Source: Camelus dromedarius (Eukaryota). From it: a stretch of DNA of 64,000 nt. Location of the stretch: NCBI RefSeq assembly GCF_036321535.1, contig NC_087436.1, positions 84,136,001-84,200,000 of the forward strand, written 5' to 3'. This document shows, in pieces, positions 37,406 to 51,740 of this stretch (its first letter is position 1; every line of letters starts with the position of its first letter). The notes under the pieces were generated by a model that saw only the letters and a list, made by a program, of their open reading frames with translations, did no database searches and was not told the origin of the DNA. Made by a program: the position numbers and the translations under genes.

Positions 37406-39764
37406 TGCAGATAATCTTCTGGACCTGGGAGTCCTTAGCTGAAAATATTCTGGAGATCAGATTATAACATGAGACAGTAGCCCCTTTTACAAGACAGTAT
37501 CTTAACAAAGTGCATTCCTGGCCAACCAGACCTTCTAATATTTTCCAAGGGTTTTACATCTAATAATAACAGATCTAAGAAGTCTCCTTCTTATATCCTC
37601 CCTCAAATCCTTTGTTTGACTCAAACCCTTCCAAAATCATTTTTAAACAATATTTTCAGGACTGTCCCAGCTTTAAAATTGATCACAGTGAATAAGAACC
37701 AAGAACACTTGATATTTCTCCAATATCTGGTACTTGAAGCTTAGGGCAACTCATTCCTGGCACTATGAGTTTTTGGACCAAGAATATCAGTTTGAACATA
37801 GAATCAGAGTAAATGAAATTCATAATCTTATGGAAACTGCCACAGTGTCTGACCCCCAAATCTACATGCATTTTCTGATGCATGGTTTAAACACATTTTG
37901 AAAATATGGCAGAATGTTCAAAATTAGAACTCTTAACAATATCCTGGACGTATGATTGTCTTACATATGAGAGCTGTTCATTTATTCATTCTTTAATATA
38001 TGTTCATTGAGTCTTATGCCAGGAATGAGGCTAGGTGCTGTGGATACAACAATAAATAAGGACTAGAAAGGATTGTGTCATGGTTGAAGCACATCCTGGA
38101 GCCATCTTGCCTGGATTCAAATCCCAACTTGGTTACTAATTAGCTTGATAACAACTACTTAACCACTTAATGCCTCAGTTTTCTCATCTATAAAATGGAA
38201 ATAAAAATTGCAACTGTCTGATAAGAGAGATATGAGAATGAAGAGTTAATATTTGTAAAAACAGAGAACACTATCTGTTATATTATTTATATGTGTTTTA
38301 TAAATATTGTCATAAATACACCTGTCCACATCTTTAAGAAGCTCACAGTACTGGGACATAAAGAAGCAAACATAATACAATGTAATAAATGCTAGAATGA
38401 AGATATGCGTGAAGTGCTGGACTTTCTTGCTGCAAGACGGAATACAGTAAACTCTCCAGGGTCTGGACTGCCTGTGCTTAGCACATATCGCTTCCCCCTG
38501 AGGAACCACACTGGAGGAAATCCAGCAAGTTTTTTAATCTTCCTTTAATGGCTGCTGCTATGAAAACAACCACCCATATACTAACATACAATTACCACAA
38601 ATCGTTTTCAAAAACTCTTCCTATAAAATTTAAATGATAGTGAAACTCATTTAGGAGACCACCTGCTTCAACTTCATAGGGGGCAGGAGCAATTTGTGTG
38701 AAAATAGGATTGGGCAACTATTCCACAGTTTCTGCAGTTGAAACCCTGGGTGGGGCACCAGGTGAATTTGATGTGGCAATAACTCGTAGAAGCAGAGTAG
38801 CCAACTTATTCTGGTTTGCACGAGAATTTCCTAGTTTTAAAACTGAAGATCCCGCTTCCCAGGACCGGCCCATCTCGGTCAAGAGTTTAAAATCATTGCA
38901 ACCATTTTGATAGGAAATGGTATCTTTAAAAACAAAATATAAAATTAATATAGTATGTCAATTATATCTCAATCAAAACATAAATTAAAACCTGACTGTT
39001 GTAAAAGCACTGTCTCAGGCTTTATACAAAAAAAGAAAGAAAAGAAGGGAAAATATAATTACTGGGTCTGTGGGATTGAAGATAACTGGTTAGTACAGTA
39101 GAAATCAACGGATATTTACTGACCTTCTATTGGAGGGACACACACATAATCCCCAGCTCTTGATAGGCTACAATCTCATCTGTGAAGTAGGAAATTAACC
39201 AGTATAAAATTAAATAAAAATACGTTTACATATCAGACAATAACAGAATTAATCTTATAAAATGGCTAACGGCCAATCATTCGTCCATTTTAGAATTGCT
39301 ATGGAAACGGAGTTCAGAGGAAAGGAAGAGCCCTCACTGGCCTGGAGCTTTAATGAAAAGCTGGCACAAAGTGGTTCCCTTTACAGTGGTTCACAAGAAC
39401 CGGTGGGGCTTCGATAGGCAGCGATGCCGGGAGGCGCCATTACGGGTGGCGGGCACAGCACAGGCGAACCCCAGGAGTGGGAGCCGCATGAGGCAAATCC
39501 AGGGGCAGGGAAGCCGCACTTACACAGGAGGTGGAGGAGGGAAGGAGACGGGCAATGAGATGAAGTCAGCGTTCCCACGAAGCTCTGCAGTAGCCACATT
39601 CTCTTAAGCTTAGGGCGGAAGACCGTTTGTCACAAGACCACTCTCTTTCCCTTGAGTGAAGAAATACTATCTTTCCCCTAAACCTTTCTATTTTCTACTA
39701 CAGGATTTCCAAAGGCTTTCTATGTTCAAATTCTAAATATAATGGATACGGCAGCTCTTCATTT

Positions 39765-40070
39765 TGGTTACGCAGTGCTGGGTGACAAACCTCCCTAAAG
39801 CCTCCTGTGGGCTCCCTCAAACAGCCTGATGGTCTCAGGGTAATTGACCTTCCTCCTTGGTGGCTGGCTGCCCCCAGAGGATGGAGTGCAGAGTGTGGGA
39901 GCAGAAGCTTCCAGGCCTTCTTACATTCCAGGCCCCAGTCTGGCTCAGTGTCATTTCTGCCTCATTCTTTTGGTTAAAGCAGGTCACAGGGCCATGGAGA
40001 TTCAGGGAGAGGGGACTACACAGAGTGTGAAGCCCAGGAGGCCCGGCTCCTCTGGGGTCACCATGCCACA
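39765..40070. mobile_element. MLT1-like MaLR LTR
   Basis: gcagaagcttccaggcc...cagtgtcatttctgcctcattcttttggttaaagcaggtcacag. Confidence 0.6.
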
Positions 40071-40533
40071 GCCTCCTCCGCGGCTTCTACTGCAAGGCTC
40101 TGCCATCAGATATCTCGTTCACAGCACAGAGGTTTCACTTAACATTCCATTTTATGAACCTCTGCTCAGAGAAGAAGGCAGCCAGCCATCTGCCCCCAGG
40201 GAGGACAGAACCTAAACAGGATGTCAGGTCTACTGAGTCCTAAAAGGGACAGCTGTGTAAAGACTGAACCAGGCCCTGAAACTGGGTGGGGGCCCAAGCC
40301 CAGGACAGAGTATCTGGAAAGGGAATCCAGTGTTTGGATTTGAGATATGAGGTCTGGTAAGTAGCCCGCATCCTTCCGGGAGGAGCACCATGGGGTTCTT
40401 GTTCACATCTGCAGGGAAAGGTACTGCAAGCTGAGAGTTTGCCTTAGTCATCCACAGGGCGCTGGCGGCTGCACTGCTGGACGATTGAGAGCTCCCTGAG
40501 TGAAGTCAGACTCTGGCAAGACTGGGAAGATTT

Positions 40534-41138
40534 TTTTTTAAAATTGAAGTATAGTCAATTTACAATGTTGCATTAATTTCTGTTGTATGGCATAGTGAGT
40601 CATATATATATGTACATGTATATTCCTTTTCATATTCTTTTTCATTATAGGCCATTACAAGGTATTGAATATAGTTCCCTGTGCTATACAATTTAAACTT
40701 GTTGTTTACCTATTTTATACATAGTAGCTAGTATCTACAAATCGCAAACTCCCAATTTATCCCTTCTCATGCCCTTTCCCTGACTGGTAACCATAAGTTT
40801 GTTCTCTATGTCTGTGAGTCTGTCTCTGTTTTGTAGATAAGTTCATTTGTGTCATTTTTTTTTAAGATTCCACATATAAGTGATATCATATGGTATTTTT
40901 CTTTCTCTGTCTGACTTACTTCATTTAGAATGACGACCTCCAGGTCCATCCCTGTTGCTGCAAATGGCATTATTTTATTTTTTATGGTTGAGTAGTATTC
41001 CATTATATATATACATACCACAACTTCTTTATCCATTCATCTGTCAATGGAGGTTTAGGTTGCTTCCATGTCTTGGCTATTGTAAATAGTGCTGCTATGA
41101 ACATAGGGGTGCATGTCATCTTCAAATTAGAGTTTAAA
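40534..41138 (-). mobile_element. 5'-truncated L1 3' end
   Basis: TSD actgggaagattt at 40521-40533 and 41139-41151. Contains ORF2 C-terminus and 3'UTR sequence. Confidence 0.9.
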
Positions 41139-41202
41139 ACTGGGAAGATTTGAGCCTAGCAAGTGGTCATGGCTTCTTGGATCAGTTGATGCCAGATTAA
41201 TT

Positions 41203-41706
41203 AATTAATTAATTAACTAATTTTTATTGAAGAATAATCAGTTTACAATGTTGAACAATTTCTGGTATACAGCATAATGTTTCATACCCATATATACATA
41301 TGTTTGTTTTCATATTCTTTGTCATTATTGGTTACTACAAGATATTGAATATAGTCCCTGTGCTATACAGTATAAACTTGTTGTTTATCTATTTTTTATA
41401 CAGTAGTTAGTATCTGCAAATCCCAAAATGCCAATTTATCCCTTCCCACCCCCTTTCCCATCCTGGTAACCATAAGTTTGTTTTCTATGTCTGTGAATCT
41501 GTTTCTGTTTTGTAAATAAGTTCATTTGTGTCTTTTTTTTTTTTTAATTTCACGTATGAGTGATATCATACGATATTTTTCTTTCTGACTTATTTCACTT
41601 AGAATGACAATCTCCAGGTCCATCCATGCTGCAAATGGCATTATTTTATTCTTTCTTATGGCTGAGTAGTATTCCATTATATAAATGTATCACAACTTCT
41701 TTAGAG
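41203..41706 (-). mobile_element. Second 5'-truncated L1 3' end
   Basis: TSD gccagat(t/g)aatt at 41191 and 41707. The tail has become (TTAA)n. Confidence 0.88.
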
Positions 41707-42915
41707 GCCAGATGAATTTTATCCATGTGTCATCTTGCAGATTATTGACAACAACATTTCGTACTGCTTTCCCTTTGTCTTCCTCCTCTCTGTTCCCCAC
41801 CTCACCCCGAATCTTTTTTTTTCTAAGACGGCAGGTGCAGAGTGAGGTGAACAAGCACCTATCTCATAATGCATTCACATCAACCGTCTGTGCCAGGCCC
41901 TTCTGTTTTGTAAATTTGTTATCCCCATTCACACCAGCCACCTATTTCCATTACCTGCCCCCTGCAGGCATTCCACTCATATGTGATGGTGATGTGCTGT
42001 TGAATATACATACATCCTTGTAATATATGGAGTGTCGCTGTGTGTTTGTGCTCAATACACATAAGCAAGAAAGGGGAGGGGAAGTATCAAGGGGCCTGCC
42101 AGGTGAGCCCTTTCCCCTTTTTGAGGAGCTTTGCAAATGTCCTGCTCAACAATTTCTGCTTCTATCTTGTCAGCCAGAACTACCCACTCCTATCCACCCG
42201 AGAGGCTGGGAAAAGTAACTGACCACATTCACTGAACTGAACATACTGACTTTGTAGTAAAATACAGGTTAATTAGTGGGGAGGAAGGGGAAATGGCTGT
42301 GGGTATACATCGAGCTACTTCTGGCACCTGTAGGAATGAAGAAGGGACCCCGGAACAGATTTCCTGGTCTCGGGGTGCCTGTGCAGGGACAGAGGCAAGG
42401 AAACAGGAAGACTGGAGAAGGGAGGCTGGCTCGGCTCCATCCCATCTGCGTCCACTTTCTTAGGAACGGAAATCATAAAAAGTGACCACCAGGGACATTC
42501 ACTATACATGTGTTTTCACCCTAGAGGGAACTTGGCTACTTGATCTTGGGATAATTTTAGAAGCAAGGGAAGAGCAGGGAAGGAGTAGAAATGGACGACT
42601 TGTGAACATGCACTACAAGGAGGGGGGGGAGTATGTTTCCCTTCACATATCACCTCCTGCCTTCCTTCCTTAAGGTGTGTGACTTACCATTGCTTGAAAA
42701 ATCTCCCCTGCATGTTGTTGTTAAATGAAAATATTTATAAATCCAAATTTAAAGATAACGAAGACATTTTTGATGAATACTTTGTAAAAGTCACTATGTA
42801 AACCCACATGAAGGAGGATACGGCTAAACATTTCAAGGTGCTAAACTGAAAGAAAAAAAGAAAAATCCTCAGTTATTAAACATGCACTGTGTATGACACA
42901 TTTAAAGGTTGTGAT

Positions 42916-43295
42916 TGTGATGGTTAATTTTCTGTGTCCACTTGACTGGCCACAGTTGGCAGAGATTGGATATAATTTGGGGGAGTGTCCATAAGCGTGT
43001 TTCTGGATGAGATTAGCATCTAAATTAGTGGACTCAATAAAGTAGATCACCCTCCCCAATGTGGATGAGCACCACCCAATCCACTGAGGGTCTGAATAGG
43101 ACAAAACAAAGAGGAAGGGGGAATTCACCCCTCGCCCCGTTTTTCCTGCATCACCTATTGAGCTGGGACATCTCATTTCATCTTCTGTGGAGGCAAGCAA
43201 CTTGGAGGCTTGGGTCTTCTGATGGGAAGATATGGCTGAATTAAATATGCTGCTGTCTGCAAGCTGGAGACCCAGGAAAGCTAGTGGTATAATTT
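42916..43295. mobile_element. MLT2 (ERVL LTR) fragments
   Basis: tgtgatggttaattttctgtgtccacttgactggccaca...tttctggatgagattagcat. Confidence 0.8.
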
Positions 43296-44285
43296 AGTAA
43301 TGTTTCGAAAGACACTTTAATTATAATCAATGACTGCATACTTGTTCATTTGTTTCTAAACTACACGGTACATCACTTGTTCAATAACTGGGACAGAAGC
43401 ACAGCTAAGAAGAACTTGGAGAGAAACAGATCTTCTTCACCCCATTTGAGAAGACCTGATGAAATGAGAATGATGGGCTGCTCTGGCTGTCAATTTGTTT
43501 TAGGAAATTCTGGAACATTGGTACTGATTCTTTGCTGTGAGAACTGAGAACTACTTCCTGCAATAATTAGATCTAATTCAGCAGCATCTTTTCATCCTTA
43601 TCTCCACACAATCCACCTGGCTTCAACAAATCCATCTTTTCCCATTGCTCTTGGCAGTTGGGCATATGTGCCTAATTTCTTCAAGCCAATTTCTATGCAT
43701 TACAGTCTCATAATTACCTAGTTCTTTGCATCACAAGCCCAGGAAGCAATTTGGTGAGTTGGCGCACACCCCAGGGTTTACTTCTACTGTAGTCCAACTC
43801 AGCTCTCTTCTTCCTTAGCCAAGCGTCAAACAGTCCAAGACAGAAAACTGCTGTCAAGCCAGCCAGGATAATTCCCATAGTGCCAATGACGACCGTGAGG
43901 AAGGGACTACGGTGGCGGAAGCGTCTCCATTCTTTTGTCTCTGCCTTCCCAGATCCAGAACCAAATCCTATTTATGTACAGGTACAGTAGGTCCAAGGCA
44001 GAACTGCGAAGTCCACAAGGAATCTGCTCCCCCAGGCTTTTCTGTTCTTTTTTCTCTACCCATGGAGTCCCCTTCCCAATCTTCAGGTACCTGTTTCTCT
44101 CTTCTTCTCCACCTTATCACCTCTTATTTTAAAAGTTCCTTAACTCTTTTGATTACCCTGAGTACTGACAGCAACTCAAAATATTTTTTGTTCCAAATAT
44201 GCCTCCATTTTAGCAGGGCTCAAAATCTTAGGTTAAAGAAATGGAGCACTGACAATGGAAAACCAGGCATCACCCAGGAGGAGCA

Positions 44286-45087
44286 GTGAGAAGGATTTTT
44301 AGGGAGCTGCTTGGGTCCCTAAAATTGCATCATGGAGGCAAAGGTATAATCCCCTGGCCTCAATTCTGGTGGGATACTGGAAGGCTCCTGGAGGAGGACT
44401 GGTCACCAGAAATGATTAGAAGCTAGGAATTTTCAGCCTCACCCTCATTCTTTTGAGAAAGAACGGCTAAAAATGGAGTTAATGATCAATCATAACTACA
44501 TGGGGAGGCCTCCAAAAAAAAAACCCCAATAGTATGGAGTTCAACAAGCTTCCAGGCTGGTGAACACATCCTCATACAGGGAGGGTGACACACCCCAACT
44601 CCACAGGGACAGAAGCTCCCGCCCTTGGGACCCTCTCAGAGCTCCTCACCCTATGTAGCTCTTCATCCTGTGTCCATCTGTATCTTTCATCACATCCTTT
44701 AATAAACTACTAAATGTAAGTAAATGTTTCCCTGAGTTCTGTGAGATGCTCTAGCAAATTCATTGAACCTGAGTGGGGGTCATGGGAACCTTCAATTTGT
44801 ACGCAAATCAGGCAGAACTTATGTGTAACCTGGAGGCCTGCTACCTGTGACTGGCATCTGAAGTAGGGTGGGAGCAGTCCTGTGGGACTGAGCTCTTAAC
44901 CTGAGGGATCTGACACCATCTCCAGGCTGTGTTAGAATTGAGCTAAATTGTAGGATACCTACCTGGTGTCACAGAGAATGGCTTGATGTGGGAAAGAACC
45001 ATTATACATTTGGTGACTAGAAGTGAAATGTTTTGTGGGTGGTAAAGGAGACATACAGGAGGGAAAGACTGAGTTTTTCCAATTCAA
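44286..45087 (+). mobile_element. MER21-like LTR
   Basis: ccccaactccacagggacagaagctcc...aataaac...tgtttccctgagttctgtgag...tgtgttagaattgagctaaattgtagga. Confidence 0.75.
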
Positions 45088-45131
45088 TATATCAAAATAT
45101 GTTCCCGGTTCAAGATGTGAAAATACTAACT

Positions 45132-45358
45132 ACTATATATAAAATAGAGAAAAACCAAATTTCTTCTGTATAGCACAGGCAACTACATTCAATATTTTGT
45201 AGTAACCTATAATGAAAAAGAATATGAAAATAATTTTATGTATGTACATGTATGACTGAAACATTATGCTGTACACCAGAAACTGACACGTGGTAACCAA
45301 TGATACTTCAATAAAAAGTAAAAATAAATTTTTTAAAATGTTTAAAAAAGAAAAAAAA
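45132..45358 (+). mobile_element. L1 3' end
   Basis: ctgtatagcacaggcaactacattcaatat...acttcaataaaaa. Confidence 0.85.
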
Positions 45359-45399
45359 GTATGCTCCTGTCTAAAATCTATGTTGTCAATGCTGTAACA

Positions 45400-46420
45400 G
45401 TAGTGAATCTGGTGCAATTGTAGGAGGAAGGACAAAATCTGCCTTTGAGAGTCAGGGAACGCTTTCACAGAAGACAGAATGCTTGGACATGGACAGCTTG
45501 TTGGCACTGCTGGCTAGACATCAGGTTAGGGCAGAGGGAAGAGAACATGCAAAGGCAGGGAGGCAGCCTAGCATATCTGAGAGTTAGAAGGAGTTTGGTA
45601 TTCTTCAAGCATAAAATACAACAAGGAAGGATTTATGAAAGAGTGAAACTGGTGTAAGACAAGGCAGTTTAGATAGAGAGGGACCACGTTATATCGTCCT
45701 GGATAGGAATCCATTGAAAGTTAACAGAGAATCAACATACAGAGCTGCTTTGGAGGCACTATAGTTAGTGGCTATGGGACCAGGGGCTGGGTCTGAAGTC
45801 AGGGAGACCAGTAAACGAGACTATGTTTTGTCCATGAGAGAAGAGTTGAAAACTTGTTAAAAAAAAAAAAAAAGCAGCAACAATAGGAACAGAGAAGCAA
45901 AGGTAAATTTGAGAAGTATTTCTAGGGACTGAAGGAGAGGACTTGACTGTTTGGATATAGGGGCTGTGGGAGAAACAGGAATCTTGGGTATTTCCCAGTT
46001 TTCTGGTTTCAGAGTTGGAGTAGATAGTGTGACATCCATTGAGATGAGGAAAAATGAAGAAGAGCGGGTCTTCAGGGGAAAATGAGGCTCTCAGCTTTGG
46101 AGATGCTGATTTCCAGGAAACACTCAGTAGACAGTTGGACACACAGGTCTGGAGGTTCAGAGAGGTTGGATTGGAGATCAAAGCTGAAACTCATCTGCAT
46201 ATAGTTCAGAAGTGAAGATGTGGGAAAGAAAAATCTACCCAGAGGGAATGAATAGCATCAGAAATAGAAGGGGCCAAGAAAGGACCAACAGTTGCAAGAT
46301 GTAGGAGGTACCTAGTAGACGAGAAACCTACAAAAGACTGAGAAGTGAGGAGAGAGATAGAAAGAGAACTGAAGTGAATGAGCAGTGATGTGGAAACCAG
46401 GGAGATAAAGAAGATACATT
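45400..46420 (-). mobile_element. L2 fragment
   Basis: gacttgactgtttggatataggg...cagtagacagttggacacacaggtctggag. Confidence 0.6.
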
Positions 46421-48156
46421 CCCACTATGGAGGAGCTCAAAATCCAGTGAACTAGTTAGACCAGGAAGAAAATGCATCTCTGATTACAAGGAGGGTTAGT
46501 CTGAGATAAAGAGTTAGAAGATCTAGAGGTTTCTTTCTTGTTTTTCTACTTTTGCACAACTCTTCTCTCAAAGTCTGAATTCTCTCTCTATAAAATAGAC
46601 CCCTATGAGATTAGCTTATTATATATAATAATATAATTGCATATAGTAATTAGCAGGGTTATTTTCTTAGATGAATGAAGCTATGTCTACAGGATTCTCT
46701 GAAGTCATTGGGAAACTGGGCATTCTTATTTTTCCTCCTCATTATTTTTCCATCATCTGTAAAATTAATAGCTTTCAACATTTGTTACCTCCACTCTGGA
46801 CTGAAAAACAAAACCAGATCTTAAATTTCTTGACCCCTAGAAATAGCCTCTGAGTAACACGCTTCAAATGACCACTATCATTCAGCCACTCATATCAAAT
46901 GTGTTCAAATTATTTTTTCCATATTGAAATAGATAACCAAATTTTAGCAAATACAGTGCTAATGTCGATGTTTTAAATATGAGAAATCTATTCTATTCTT
47001 TGAATAGTTTTGTTTTTTTACTCTGAATTATCTAGAACTGACCTATTTTTAGAAAATGTTGCCACATGCTCAAAATGCTTTTCTTGCTACTAATAAAATA
47101 TTTAGTATTATCATTTGCTTCAGCTTATTGAATTATTTAGCAGGTCCACCTAGAAATTTGGACATTGTCCTAAGGCATGGCGTATAAAACAGTTTCACCA
47201 CCTTGCGAGGAAAATCCTGAGAAGCATTCAGGAACGAGAGACACACGTGTGTGTAGCTTCCCCCACCTCTCATTTTCCACCCAAGTTTAATATGATGCAA
47301 GGAGGTATTTATAAAGCACTTATCATAACACATTGGTCATTTATTTCTCTACGTCAGCTTGCATCACTTCTGTTATTCAAAGAGGCACTTAGTTTTCAAA
47401 TGCATTGTATTATTTATAAACTGATTCTGCAATGGTATCACCACCTACATTTATGACCACTTATCAATAAGAAACTTCTATCAGGCCTCTCTGTGCAGAG
47501 ATGTCACTATCATTCTCTATGTTTGGCATAACTCAAGGCCATGGTAACCTCATTAAGTAGTGCTGAAGTTAGGAGAAAAAAATCCTACCAACCTAGAGAG
47601 GGGTGGGTAGAATTAGACTCACTTTGAGAGTTTTAAGTGTTCGCTGAACCAAATGAATACAGCAGAGAAAATAATGTGTTTGAATACACTTTATAAACTA
47701 TGAAATGTTCTCTAACTGTTGCAGCAGTGACAGGGCAGTGAGGATTGAGTTTTTACCCTGTTTTGAGTGTTCTGAAGAGTGTCCGCCCTACCCTAAGTAC
47801 GCACTGAATATTGTTGAGTGAATGGATGATGAAATGAATAGACATAAATTGTCTTCCTTCAGACCTTGTGGATTGTGGCCCAGGAGGAGAAGGCCATTAT
47901 GAGGACTAAGATAATGGGCCTGGGGATGAGGAGAGGGAGCTCACGGGCAGAAGGTGACCTGTCAGTAACACATGGTACTATACCCTTGATACCGCTTTTG
48001 GGTAATTAGAAGTTGGCTATTCGGGTAAGTGGAGGTAAAATATTATCCTCTTGCCCTATGTTGCAGGAACATATTTTAGGTAAGATGGCCACACCATGTA
48101 ACTGTTGCCTCAGTAATGACTCCCTTAGGCAGCGGTCAAATTGACTTGCCTTGTCA

Positions 48157-48284
48157 GGGGAAGGTATAGCTCAGTGGTAGAGTGTGTGCTTAGCACGCAC
48201 GAGGTCCTGGGTTCCATCCCCGGTACCTCCATGAAAATTAATCAAAACCTAATTATTCCCCCCCCCCATAAAAAATGATTTATA
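48157..48284 (+). mobile_element. tRNA-Ala-derived SINE (Vic-1-like)
   Basis: Head is very close to tRNA-Ala, followed by an aaacctaattattcccc tail. TSD aaat(t/g)gacttgcctt at 48138-48152 and 48285-48299. Confidence 0.88.
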
Positions 48285-48829
48285 AAATGGACTTGCCTTA
48301 TAACAAATGCCATGTTGTAAGGTCAGATTAGAACAAAATTTTAATTTAAATCTAAGTGGACAATATATTCCATTCTACTACATTTACCTTTCATTCTACC
48401 CCTATATTTCTAGCTTAATATTTTCAAATTTCAAATGTATGTTTTTTTCTTTCTTTTTTATACTTGCAAAACTTTTCATGCAATGTGTGCTCTTTCATAA
48501 GTAGCTTTGTTTAATTTAACTCTCAGTGTAAAAGAGAAGGACATGCCCTTTGGAGTTAAGCATAGAAGGAGGAAAGAGATCTCCCTGTCCCTAATTTCAG
48601 GCCTAAACTGTCCTGTGAAGGCTACGAGCTACACTGAGAGCTACCCTGCTAAGAAAGTGATGGTACTTTGAGCTTGAACCTTATATACAGTTCCTAACAG
48701 ATTTGAAATATCAAAAGGGAAACAATGAATAATTTACAACTTTAAGCAGATAAGAGATGAGTTAATTTTGCCTTTGGGATAAACTGTCCCTTTTTTCTAG
48801 TGAATTTCTTATATGACAACAGGCGCTCT

Positions 48830-49257
48830 CTCAATGATCCACAGTTGTGTAACAATGCACTTAAAACATAGTGGTTTGGGGCCTATCAACCAGCTGCAAT
48901 GGTCAGATAGTGGCACTGGCTGGAACCTTCAAGAAGGAGTCATTCATATGTCTGCAGCCTTGGCAGAGGTGACTGAAAGAAAGGGATCTCTATCTACGTG
49001 ACCTCTCCTATGTGGTCTCTTTGGTAGGGTAGCCTGACTTACGTGGTGGCTCAAAGGTCACAAAAGTTTCAAAAGTAGAAGTTGCCTTGCCTTCTTTAGC
49101 CTTAGGCCTAGATCTGAAACAATGTCACTTTCCCATGTTCGATTGGATAAGTGAGCCAAGAGTCCAGCCCAGATTTTGTGTCAGAGAGGCCTTCACAAGG
49201 ACTTAATACCAGGAGGTGTGGTTGTTTGAGGGCTGTCTTCAGCGACTGGCTACCACA
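48830..49257. mobile_element. MLT1-like MaLR LTR
   Basis: aatgtcactttcccatgttcgattgg...aataccaggaggtgtggtt...ctggctaccaca. Confidence 0.6.
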
Positions 49258-51740
49258 TCTTCTAGAATGGATGGATTTGATATGTGTGGCTCCAAGGAGC
49301 TACACTGCCCTGAACAATAATGTGTAAGGTATAGACAGTTTATTTCTTATTTTTGGTACAGGTATGCATGTGTATTGCTATGCAAACAGGAGCTCAAACA
49401 CAAGGCTCTGAAAAGAGTTAGAGAGTTGTTCTCTTGAATGAAAGGAGCTTGTGAAAACTAAACTGGATTGAATGCGCTATGCCTGACTTGGTGCTAGACT
49501 GTGATCCTGTAGAATACTGAATTACCGGGACCTCTTGAGAAACTGTTTGCCCAGTTGGGCAAGATTAGCCTTGTTGGTGGAGAACGGGACATTTCTGCTG
49601 TCAATCATTCTGGGGAAAGGTAGGTCCTAGAACATAAGACAAGGCTGCTGGAAGAGGGCTTTACACAGACGTGAACAGGCAATTGTATTCTCTACTTGAG
49701 CCTGAACTCTTGGATTCACTCATGGGTCTTCTCAGGGGAAAAGTGACATTTATTAGCCTCACTGTATGATTGTAGGTCAGGGTTTAACAAAAGCTGTGCC
49801 CAACAAGGGACTCCTGTGGAGAGTTCCAGTCCTGCGTTATAATTTTCTCTGTTAACCACTAGCTTCTAGAAAATCTTGCTAAACATACAGCCTGGTTTCC
49901 ACTGGTGCTCTGCAGAAATGAAGGAGGGGTCCGTGCCTGGTTGGGATGAAGCACTGTAAGGGAAAGCAACTGTAACCAACGGGATGGCATTTTAGGGACC
50001 TCCAGGGAAGGGATTTGGAAGAACAACTGGTAGCCTACTCTCTCAGAGGTGACTGATCGCTGCTGAGGAGGCACGGGACAACCAGGATGGATTTCAGAAG
50101 AGGTAAGAATTTTCTAGGAACTTCTGTGACTCTTGGTGAGGAAAACATGTTAAAAAAGAAAAGAAAAGAAAAGAAAAACCTAGATATCCTAAAGGCAAGC
50201 AAAATAAGGGCTTAAGCTAAAGTAATCTGGCAATGAGAGGGAAGTGTGGCAGTATTTGTAGCCTCTGCTGGGAAAGGCCGAGGCCTATGCATTTATTTTA
50301 CAGTCTATTTAAGATATATGTGTGAATGTCCATCCATCTGTCTTTCTACCTGTGCATCAGGTGTACATGTGTGTTTCTGTGTGTGTGTAAAGGGGTTTAA
50401 CAATTCCTACAATATTTTCTCATAGCAATCATTCCCTGGCATGATTCTCTTAAATTTTCCACGCAACAATTTGACAGCCAAGAGAGACTTTGATACAATC
50501 TAGTTAGCTTTTACCTTAGAGCCCTATGAATACGTATCTGTTGAATGCTGTAGTCAGAGTTAGCCCTAAAGATGGACCAAAAACCAACATACCATCTTGG
50601 ATTTCTGGAGGTGAGCTCATCGAGCCCCAAATTTCCCCTCCAATCATGCTCTGGTCATAAGAGAAACTTACCCTGTTTCCATCTGCTAGCATCATCCTTT
50701 CTGTGCTCTGCTAGTACTGCACATCAGTGAACACATGAGCTTTGCGTCTGGGCTTGTGCTGACATCTGAGCTCTGCTGGTTCATTTCATCCCATCATCTC
50801 ACTGTATCTTTCCGGAGCTTTGCGTTCTGCTTTCATACAGGCAATTGCTTCATTAAGTTTTAAAATTCCATGAGCAAGTTCTAAAGACTGGTCTGCTGTT
50901 ATTTGGGGGAAAATATCCTCCTGAATTAATAGAATCACCTGGAAGAGATCAGGGTTTTGAAAAATGTGTTCCATGGGATACTGTTCAAGTTCCTAGGTAT
51001 GACTGAAAAGCAAAGGGAGGGAGTGGATTTCATGGACAAATAAGAAACACCATGTACTAGAGTCGCCCCTTTCAAGATTCACAAGGCACATAGCTCTGGG
51101 ATGATGCTGCGATAGGGCGCATGGAGGAATGTAACACACGTTAGCATCATGCAGTGTCTGATGCATTTACAGGAAAGTACCCCTCCCACACATGCAGGTA
51201 AATGTCTCAAGCGAAGATGAAAGAACTGGCAACCCTCCTCCCACAGAAGAAACTGCAGAACCATAACCATTAAGTCTGAGAATCCTGGGGTAACAAAGGG
51301 AGCTGCTACTCAGAAATACTCTCACGTCTCTGTTGTTCTGGTAAGCACAGCACTCACATGCTGGGGACATACACTAACCCACTGAATCTACAACTGTATG
51401 AAAAGGTTATTCATTCCCCTTTACAGATGAGGAAAGAATTCTTGTCCACAGAATAAGGAAAGCGCTCCCCTCATGATAATAAGGACCTAGATGAGGAGAA
51501 TTGTTGAATATGTCCTTTTTAGCATGGGTATAAATGTTACTAGTTTAATTTAATGTGTTCACTGGTAAAGAAACCAGCATGTATGCAGCTCACTCACAGG
51601 GACGGATTACTGAGAGAGCAAATCCTATAAGAAGAACATAGGTCTAGTGACTTTGGGATCTACAGGCCCCAGCTCCCTACCCCTTAATGCCCTTGATGTT
51701 CTGCAACAGAGACAAGGAGCATCATGTTAAAGCCAGTGAG

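Noticed and set aside
48157..48231. Apparent tRNA-Ala gene
   Set aside because: Has a SINE-specific tail and TSD, and six related dispersed copies exist in the window, so it is a tRNA-derived SINE.
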